Of a stretch of 64,000 nt of DNA, positions 54,565-64,000 are shown one piece after another; positions within the stretch are counted from its first letter, which is position 1; each line of letters begins with the position of its first letter. The stretch lies in NCBI RefSeq assembly GCF_009914755.1, contig NC_060942.1; one strand, written 5' to 3'. Made by a program: the position numbers and the translations under genes. The notes under the pieces are model-generated. The model made no database searches. It had not been told where the DNA came from and worked only from the letters and a program-made list of their open reading frames with translations. This DNA comes from the human T2T-CHM13v2.0 reference genome, Homo sapiens.

Positions 54565-54865
54565 GCAATTCAGTGAATAAATTTGTTCAACAAGTGTTTG
54601 TTGAGCATCCACTATTTTGAGCTCAGCCCTTTGCTGAGGATTGTGGAGAACATACAAATGCAAAATGAATTCTCTTCATTCTCAAGTAGCTTATAATGTA
54701 GACGGGAAGGCCATTCAGTCTCACATTGTAATAACTCAGTGTAGAATACAAGTGCTAAATCATGTGCAGAGATCAGGAGCTATGAGGAGGGAGCTCTGAG
54801 AAGGAAGCTCTGTGTACAGAAGCACAGCTCTGGCAGGGAGGCAGGGTTTAAGCTAGGCCTGATCA
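54565..54865 (-). mobile_element. L2 3' fragment
   Basis: TTCAACAAGTGTTTGTTGAGCATCCACTAT...TCTCAAGTAGCTTATAATGTAG. Confidence 0.6.
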
Positions 54866-56429
54866 TCTCAGCTCTTATCTTCGGAGAGGGGAAAAAAAGA
54901 TTCCAAACTTGAAGAAACAGTGCAGTATTAGAGTGCAATCATAAACATAAAACATTAACATGTAATTCCCTTATGCTTTTGAAAAATTACTTCATAAACA
55001 CAAAGTAAAATATTTTTCCCTTTTTATTACCTGACAATTACATATTAAGAATTTCTTTTTATGTTTAAAAACATATGCAAGCTGGGGAAGGCAGACGCCA
55101 AAATGTAATTGCTTTCCTTCTATAAGAATCGGATGTCATTTTCTTCCAACTCGACTCTGAAAAGAGATAGGAAAAAGCAAATTGTTGTGTACATTAAATT
55201 TGGAAACATCTGATAGCTTTCCTCAATTAAACTATTTAAATGGAAAAAGATTGCTGTACAGCTCTATCGTATCCCACTGAATAAAACCTCAGCTGAGGCA
55301 AATTGGCAGTGGCAGGTACCAAATGCATCGGCAATAATGAGATTGGACAACCCACTGGAGGTCATTGGTAATTGTTATTATATGCAATATTGCACTGTCA
55401 GAAGAAGAAAAAAACAACTCTGTAGCAGGCAAAGCCCATACCAGGGACTGCATGAGTTGGGAGTACTTGTGACCACCCAGCCAGGGTGACTTAAGGAGTG
55501 TCAGGAGAGCTGGAACCCTGAGTCTCGAGCCCACTCTTCATGAGGGCTCTTTCGTGGCTGGCTGTGCATCTCAGCATATGGGGGGCAAACCACAGCACAT
55601 TCTATCAGCAGAGATCTGCTTATCTGGCAGCTGAGAGCAAGGTCTCAGCGGGTGGCACTGGGGCAGAGGAGAGGGGGAAGAGACAGCTAGGGGAAAGTGG
55701 GACCCTGAGAAGGGACGTGGAACAGAAGTCAAGACAAGGTTTTTGTATTTGTTGTGTGTTGTGGTTTTGCTCTGAGCTGACCCTGATTCAAGCTATTGAA
55801 AGTTCATTTCCACCACACCCCTACCTCAACCAACTTTCCAGATATGGAGGAAAAGAGAACAAGAATTCACTCGTGTTCCAAGGTTTCAAGTCTCCTTCTC
55901 AAAGTTCAAACTTGAGAAAGAAGGGGTGGGAGTTGGTTTGGGCTGCCTCGGACCTAAGCAAGCCTGCCTGCCTGCCTGCCTGCATACAACCTCTCCTGAG
56001 CCCTGGGCCTCAGGAGTAAAATCAGTTGCTGCATAGTCCTGTGCAAATGACAGCCATACACCAACTTGTCTGCAGTGAAACGATGGGTACACATAAATGT
56101 ATTTGATTGCCATTTAACCACTTATCAGACAGGTTAGTGTCCAACAGGCTGCAGCAGGTGCATCAGTGCCCATTGCACTTTGTCTCTTAGATTCAATCAT
56201 GAGGTCACTTGAAACAGAATGTGACCATTTACAAGGGCCAAGAGCCCCAAATGACTGTGATGCTGCAGTACCTTGTTAAAGAAGGAAGGAGTGGGGAGAC
56301 CCCTCATGGCCCAGGCTGCTGATATCATGAAGCTCTCTGAATACAGTTAGAGTAACTCTATCAGAATCGTTGCCAATTGCCTCCTGCTCTCAAAGACATC
56401 TTGGAGAGTATTCTTTGGTGCTGAGCAAG

Positions 56430-56823
56430 TGTCTCAGTCAATTGGGGCTGCTATAACAAAATATCATAGATTGGGTGGCTTAAACAAGACATTTATTTCT
56501 CACAGTTCTGGAGACTGGAAGTCCAAGATCAAGATGCAGTGTCCGGTGAGGGCCCTCTTCTTGCTTTGCAGATGTCCCCATTCTTGCTGTCTCCCCATAT
56601 GGCAGAGATGTTGGGGGTGGAGGGGAGAGAGAGAGAGAGAGTGTGTGTGTGTTCTGGTATCTTTCTTAAAGAGCACTGATTCCATCACAGGGCTCAGCTC
56701 TCATGATCTCATCTAAACTTAATCACCACCTCCCTAAGGCCCTATCTCCTAAACACCATCACACTAGGGGTTAGGACTTCAATATATGGATTTTGGGGAG
56801 ACACAAACATTTAGCCCATAGCA
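56430..56823 (-). mobile_element. MLT1A-like solo LTR
   Basis: TGTCTCAGTC...GCTGCTATAACAAAATATCATAGATTGGGTGGCTTAAACAA...CTGGAAGTCCAAGATCAAG...CCATAGCA. Confidence 0.9.
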
Positions 56824-57042
56824 TCATGCTTCCTGAATTTGTCTAAAGAAAGCAACAGGTAGGTAAATAACCCTATTGGAAAAAAAAAAAACGCAAAGAC
56901 AAAACACACTAAAAGCTGAAGGGAAGGTCAGGAATCAGGATGGTATCCTAATCCAACCTGGAGGAACACTCCTTCTGAGCTGCAGGCATTCCTGGGCATC
57001 ATCTGGTCCCATATCCCACTCCAGGTGGAGACCCCCCGAGAT

Positions 57043-57237
57043 GTGGCTTCCAAGACTTGACTGTGCTAGGGAATCTGCTGGGGAGCATTGTGCAAGCTAC
57101 TCAGGTTTCCAGGCTCACCTCTGCCTATTGAGTCAGATTTCTGGGGGTAGTGTTCGGAGACCTGTATTATAAACAAGTTTTCTGGAGAATTCTGGAGCAG
57201 GTCCTCCACAAACAAGACACGTATATGGGAAACACTG
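57043..57237. mobile_element. MER5-family hAT MITE
   Basis: TGAGTCAGATTTCTGGGGGT...CTGTATTATAAACAAG...GGGAAACACTG end. Confidence 0.55.
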
Positions 57238-57579
57238 CATCCCTGACAGTCATTGCTGGAAGAATCCCCCAAACAGGGAGTACACAGATCACAAGGAAGC
57301 CTGATCTATTGTAAGTCATGTTTAATTGCCACAAAGTTCTTTATGTTGAATAATATTTGATCCTCTGCCAATTCTGCCCAAAGTTTTAACTCTTATCCAC
57401 TAGATCAGAAAGGATGTATGCGTTTAATCACCAATTGTCTATCTCTTCTTCAAATGATTACTCTGCAGCATATCCCAGCAGAAAAGGTCTACTTCCACCA
57501 AGCTGACAACCCAGTGGGAGAATCTAGGTGTACCCTGAGAGAGATGCTGCATTCATATACATTCATTTGGATGACAAGA

Positions 57580-57920
57580 GTTCATTCATTCATTGATTCT
57601 CACTGAGCACCTATTCCCTGCACTGAGAACTGGTGGTACACAGAGGAATCCGAGGAGAGACTCTGCCCTCGAGGAGCTGACGGTAGAAGAAGGAAGCCAT
57701 GCACTTATGTAACTCTTGCCCACCCACCCAAGCGATTTGAGTAAAGGACCAAGGAGGGAGATTGAGATGGGGTGGAGCTGATTAGGGATGGCTGCCTGGC
57801 AGAGGTGGTATTTGAGCTGGGCTTGATGGCTGAGTGCGAGTTGGATGTAAAGAGGTGGTGTTACCAGTGGAGGGAGCAAGGTGAAGTCGGGTGTCTATGG
57901 GAAGAGCAAGGAGTACAGCA
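57580..57920 (-). mobile_element. L2b-like 3' fragment
   Basis: TTCATTCATTCATT...CTGAGCACCTA...CTCTGCCCTCGAGGAGCTGAC...GAGGTGGTATTTGAGCTGGGC. Confidence 0.7.
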
Positions 57921-59168
57921 GGTGGCACAGAGGAGCTTCCTTACATGCTCAGGTTTAGTCCTCTTGGTGAGGAAATAGCCCTTCTTCTCTGGTCATAGCA
58001 TCAATTCCTAGATACTAGTGTTGAGAAATGCACCTGGCGCAGTCCTTTACCCTTAAACAGGCATCACTATCTTTATTTCAAAGTCAGCTTAAGGTTGTTT
58101 ACGCCTAAAGAGATCTCTTTGGTAATGGGCCTGCCTAGTCCTACTTAATATTCATCCACTGTGAGACGACAGGGCCCCTCTTCTGGGCCAGGCCTGCACA
58201 CAGGGATCAATGAAAAAGCCTGATCCTGGCAGCTCTACTTGCCTTAAGTCAGACAGCCCTGTGGCCAGCCCCCAGTGTTTACGGGGCATCTGTTGGCTGC
58301 CGGCAGTGAGAAAGTCTGGGTTCTTTCCTGCAAAAACTCTGATTGACTAAAGGAGAAAAGAATTTTCTGGAAAGACAACAGGTAGCTCAAAAGGTTCGGG
58401 GTGGGGGTGGGGGAAGAAATGGTTAGGGAACAAAAGGTGGCACAGCTCAGTAAAGATCAAGCCAGCAGGACAGTCTGCTTGGAACCCTGTGACCAGTATG
58501 GTCATCACCACCCTCTACCGAAACCTTGGCTCTGCCACAGCCACTGAGAACGACCCATGGTTTAGCCCCTCTAGAGCCCAAATCTTGGCTGGAAGAGGCA
58601 TTGGATTGGCCAGGTGTAGGTCACACCTCTCATCAGAGGTACCAGAGGAGCACATGGCCAACCAGGAGGGACAAGGGTCACTCGCATCCACAGAGTTAGA
58701 TTAAAGCACAGGTGAATGCCCAGGACAGGGGTCCAGCTGTGAGAATGAATGATGGAGAGAGGAAGGGTGAAAAGAAGTCGGCAACGGAAGAGAAAGCTCT
58801 TGCCAACTGGACAGGAGAGGCTGTGAGTCATGTGCTGGGGTGTGCTGGGGCGGGCTGGGTCAGGGCCTTCCTACTGAGTCAGGACAACTTAACAGACCCC
58901 TCAAATTCAGACTGAAGGAAGGGGTGGTCCCTGAGTAAAGGGGCAACTGGGGAGACTAAGGGAATGATGCCCACCTGCCACCTCAAGTAGCCTGAGGATT
59001 CACCTTGAAGGAGGAAGAGATTCAAATGCATAAAGGAGGACAGTATTGCTATTCATGGCCATCATTGCCTCCCAAGGAGAATGGACCCTGCTTAAGGAAA
59101 AGTCCTTTGGTTTCACTAAGTGTCTTAATGCATTTGGACGTGCAAACTAGGTTTGGGACTAGGACCTA

Positions 59169-59663
<495 letters not shown>

Positions 59664-59993
59664 TCAGGGGAATGGGAACTTCCGGCCCCAGATGCCCATG
59701 GTGTGATATATGCACTTCCACATCATGTGGGCAGAGCGCAGCCACTCCAGAACTTCTAGCCCTGGGAGACCCGCACTGTCTGTGTGTTTTGGATGTGTAA
59801 CCTGAAGAGGTGAAAGCGTGAGCAGAAAAGGGAGTGCACCTGGCGGGTTTAGAGGGCAAGGTGGAGATGAACCTCGTTGGCTGTGACCAGGTCCCAACCT
59901 GGAAGTGGTGACCAAGAAGGGTGAACTCAGAGATCTGGACATTGAAGACCGGGTTAAAGTGTCCAAACACTCTGTTAGGTTTCTTATTCCCTA

Positions 59994-60334
59994 TGTTAAA
60001 AGATAAACTTAGGCACACTGAAATTGTAATGAGTTTATTTGAGCAGACAGTGATTCATGAATTGGGCAGCACTGGACTCCAAGTGATTGGGCTTCACCTG
60101 GGGGACAGGAAGGGAAACTTTTATAAGGTGTTCACAGAAGCAAGAGAAAGAAAATACATTCAATAGGTTAAAGTGGAAAGCTTCTAGTTAGAGGTTATTT
60201 TGGTGGTTTCTGATTGGTTAAGCTTAAGTTTTGTTTTACTGTTTACACTGAGTTGGGCTTTGTTTTGCTTACCTAGCATTGGGACAGTCTCAGCCTCATG
60301 ACTTCTATTAGTTTTTTTTAGTTTTTTTTAAACA
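59994..60334 (-). mobile_element. MER93-like ERV1 solo LTR
   Basis: TGTTAAAAGATAAACTTAGGCAC...GAGTTTATTTGAGCAGACAGTGATTCATGAATTGGGCAGC...AACA; perfect 4-bp TSD CCTA at 59990-59993 and 60335-60338. Confidence 0.8.
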
Positions 60335-60379
60335 CCTACTTGGCCACAAACCCCACCCTACTTTTTGTGTTAGCTGTAA

Positions 60380-60548
60380 ATAGTAATAATAGTAGCAAAA
60401 ATTTCTATAGCACTTCCTGAGTTCCAGGCATCATCCAAAGCACTTTACAGGTATTAATTCACTTAATATAATCATCCCTATAGCTCTTTGAGGAGGATTC
60501 TAACATTATCTTCATTTTGCAGATATAGAAACTGAGGCACAGTGAGGC
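60380..60548 (-). mobile_element. MIR SINE
   Basis: AATAATAGTAGC...AAGCACTTTACAGGTATTAATTCACTTAAT...CATTTTGCAGATATAGAAACTGAGGCACAG. Confidence 0.85.
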
Positions 60549-61636
60549 TCCTTTTTCTTATCTCTCCTGGCAAATGTGGGGCCTCCGTTATGGTACTTTG
60601 TATCTTTTCTATGTGTGCATGCATTACGGTGCATTAGGGTATATCTCTGATGATGACAGCCAAGTACACTGGTGCTGTACAGCAGAGCATACATACATGC
60701 TGTTACCGTTCATGCCTCATCTCCCCCTTCAAGGGGAAAACACTAGCTTTTCATCTTTGCATCCCCAAAGCACCTTGCACAGTGCTGGGTGTATTTAGCA
60801 GAAAGTGTCCAGTCAATTTTTGTAGAATGGTGAACTAAAGATTTCTAAGCAGGGAGTGATGTAGTGAACAGTATTTTTGGAGGGTCTGCCAACTAGCAGG
60901 GTGGATTGAAAGAGGAGAGGCTAGAAACAGGACTCCACAAAGTTCTGAACTGTGCCCCATGGCAAGGACAGTGATCTGTTTGGAGAACTACTGGCCATCT
61001 GGGGTTTGCCTCTGCCCTGCAGGTACACCTCTGTCTGAGCTCTTGGCCTGGGCTTTTTTGTCTTCCTGTTTCCCAGCTTTGCCCAACCATATTTCCTGCC
61101 TGAGAGAAACCTTCCATATAATTTGTGAACTGGCGAGACACTCAGCTTTTGGCAGACTGTAAAGCTGCTGTGAAGTTTTAGTTCTCAATCCTAACATTTG
61201 GTTCATTTAATTAAGGGCTGAGGCCATTATGAACACCTCTCAACTATCAAAGGGCATTGAAACAACTCGCAAACACAATTAACCTTGGCCCCAAAGATTA
61301 AAAAAAAAAGGCAGGCACAGTGTGGTGTTTCACTATTTATAATCACCAGTTAACAAAGTATGCAATTAAGTCAAGTGCTGATGTAGCAACACAAGCCCAG
61401 TGCCAGGGGTTTGCCCTTGCCTGGTCTTTGCATGTGACCATATGGGGCTTTGGACTAGTGGTCTCCAGGTGGAGGGCCATGTTAGAATCTCTAGGGGCTT
61501 GGGGATGGGGGAAAAGGTTTGAAAACAACCATAAATAAAATAACCATAAATAAAATAAAACATATATGTTTGAAAACAACCATAAATAAAATAAATAATT
61601 TTATTTTATTTGGGGGATATTATTAAAACCTAATAC

Positions 61637-61974
<338 letters not shown>

Positions 61975-62272
61975 TAAAAATGTAAACTACAGAAATTAAT
62001 GCTTGAGAAAAATCTTTCTGAATGATGGGAAATTGTTGAAGACAGAAGTTCCCAGAGAAGATGCCCTTCTCCCCCAGGGATCTTATAAAATTCTCTGGAG
62101 GACACAGGAGAATGTTAAAGTATCAAAGGAGAGATGGATGAAGAAAAGGTTGAAAAACATAACTATTCCCACACCTTAATCTCACACTGCCCTTGGAGAT
62201 GGGGCCTCTCCCATGGAGGTTGTCACAGAAACCCTTTCTAGAAGTAACAATATTCTTAATAAACACATTTAA

Positions 62273-62345
62273 CCCTCCCTCACTCCCTCCCTCCCTTCCT
62301 TCCTTCCTGCCTACCTCCCTTCCTTCCTTCTTTCCTTCCTTCCAT
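62273..62345. repeat. (CCTT/CCCT)n polypyrimidine tract
   Basis: CCCTCCCTC...CCTTCCTTCCTT. Confidence 0.9.
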
Positions 62346-62649
62346 CCCACTTGCATATTTATACCCTATCTTATTCCAGAAAGGATATGAGATGGATAAA
62401 TCCCTTTGGATAATTTCTAAGAGGAAGCTCCCCAGGAAACACTGGGATCCATCAACATCCTGGTTAACAAATTACTTTTTACTATGTATTAGTCAGTCAC
62501 TGACCTGGATGTCAAAAGTACAGGATGAATAAAACAAGATATCTGTCCTCAGGGAACAAAATTAGCCTAAACAGAACAAAAGCAGGAAGAGGGACCCTAC
62601 ACAGCTGCCTGTAATCCAAACTGCAAAGTACTAAGTGATGTGGATCTTA

Positions 62650-63105
62650 TCGATCAGGGTGCTTTTGGTTGCAAGTAACAGTAAACGTAACTCAAAGTGG
62701 GGATTTATAATCTCCCATAATGGGAAGTCCTGAGGCCAGGCAGCTCCAGGCACAGTGTGAACCCACTTTTGTGCTTTTTCTTGGCCCCCTGCCCCCCACC
62801 CATGTGCCAGGGTTTTGATGATCCTCAAGGCTACAGCAGCTCCAGGCATCACTTCCCAGCAAAGTCCAGGAAAGAAGCAGGCACATCACTGCCTGCCAGG
62901 TGGGGCCTCTGTTTATCAGTGAGGAAACCTGCTTCAGAAGTCCCCAAGCGTGGCTTGTTGGCCTGATATGGGCATGTAGGGTCCTGCATGCATCCCTGAA
63001 CCAGCTTCTAACTGAAGAGAATGTAATAAGCAGAACTAGCTTAGACCAACCAAGACTTACCTCTAAGTCCCAAGGGGGAGGAGTGACCACCTGAACAAAA
63101 TAGAC
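62650..63105 (-). mobile_element. Old MaLR LTR (MLT1-family)
   Basis: TCAGGGTGCTTTTGGTTGCAAGTAACAG..AACTCAAA; GGCTACAGCAGCTCCAGGCATCAC; GCTTAGACCAA; CCTGAACAAAAT. Confidence 0.7.
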
Positions 63106-63684
63106 ATGTGCCCAGAGAAGGCAGGGAGTATGGATGAAATGCTGGAAAGTACCAGCAATGCTGTTCCACCAACCCACAGAGCAGGAACATGGAATTCTCC
63201 CTGCCAGGGTCAGTAGGGGAGGTGATCTGATTTGACCTGTCCGAGAGCACATGTTCTGACTTCTTTTTGGGGGCAGGGAATAGGACATTTCTTCTAAGTG
63301 GAGGAAATAGCACGAATAACCCTGTGGGGAGCTGCTTTGCACAGAAACAGAAGCTGCTGTGGCTGTAGCACAGGTGTGCATTGGGTGGGGGCAAACAGGA
63401 GAAACCTGAATGATGATCAGGACCAGTGGAGAAAGGCCTGGCTGCCAGGCAACAAGCAGCCGTTATTTTAACCCAGAGGTTCAGACAAAGCAAGGTATTA
63501 TTGGCATAGTTTCTCACTCAGTTAATGGAGGCATTACTGTAGAAAGATCAGGTCCAGAAAATGTTTCAAGATGCCGTGACCAAAAATATGTCCTTGGGGG
63601 CCTGCTGGAGGGATGTGGCTAGCCTCAGAGGGACATCTTTGGCAGGGGCATTGAGTGTGATGGGTACTGGTGGTTTATCAGAAT

Positions 63685-63876
63685 CCTTAAAAGCACAGAC
63701 TCTGGGGTCAGACTGCCTGGACACACGGCCTGTCTTCGCTTTCTGCTGCTCACCTTGCCTCAGTTCTCTCACCTGTGAAGTGGGGATAATAATTGTAAAT
63801 ATTCCATAGGGTTAAATAAGTTATTCATGCTGGCATGTGGACAGCCCTCTGTAATTGTTAGCTGTTATTGTTGTTA
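63685..63876 (+). mobile_element. MIR SINE
   Basis: TTAAAAGCACAGACTCTGGGGTCAGACTGCCTGG...GCCTCAGTTCTCTCACCTGTGAAGTGGGGATAATAAT...TGTTAGCTGTTATT. Confidence 0.85.
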
Positions 63877-64000
63877 AGGGCTGAGAAGGGAGTGGAGATG
63901 CATTATCATGAGGATTCTAATGAGGAAGCAAGTGGCAATTTCGTTGTGTGGATTTAAATTTTTTTCCCATAAACTGTAGCTGACAGTTGCTTCTAAATAG

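Noticed and set aside
62692-63381. 229-aa ORF on the minus strand
   Set aside because: More than half overlaps an MLT1-type LTR; no recognisable domain; composition typical of a chance frame.

Overview
Primate (most likely human or great-ape) non-coding genomic DNA. I find no credible protein-coding gene, tRNA/rRNA/snRNA gene or CRISPR array. The only ORFs with recognisable protein content are broken LINE-1 ORF2 fragments; the rest are repeat-derived or chance frames. A large share of the window is interspersed repeat: Alu (J and S families plus monomers), L1PA/L1M, L2, MIR, MaLR/ERVL/ERV1 solo LTRs and hAT/Tc-mariner MITEs, many with readable target-site duplications (TSDs). Between them lie repeat-poor, AT-rich blocks dense in homeodomain/TALE-type motifs (about 1.5-1.8, 19.1-19.6, 23.1-24.9, 32.0-32.7 and 55.1-55.4 kb) and two small CpG-island-like segments with no attached ORF (about 38.0-38.65 and 43.5-44.3 kb). 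By inference, this layout resembles the enhancer landscape (gene desert or long intron) of a developmental regulator gene lying outside the window. The best-supported oddities are a recently duplicated trimeric, tail-less Alu, a twin-primed 5'-inverted L1, a half MADE1 with a perfected hairpin inside a Blackjack MITE, several nested insertions and some small tandem or complex duplications. The sequence does not support a claim of a new biological system. Repeat subfamily names come from recalled consensus sequences, not from a RepeatMasker run, and boundaries of old elements are approximate.
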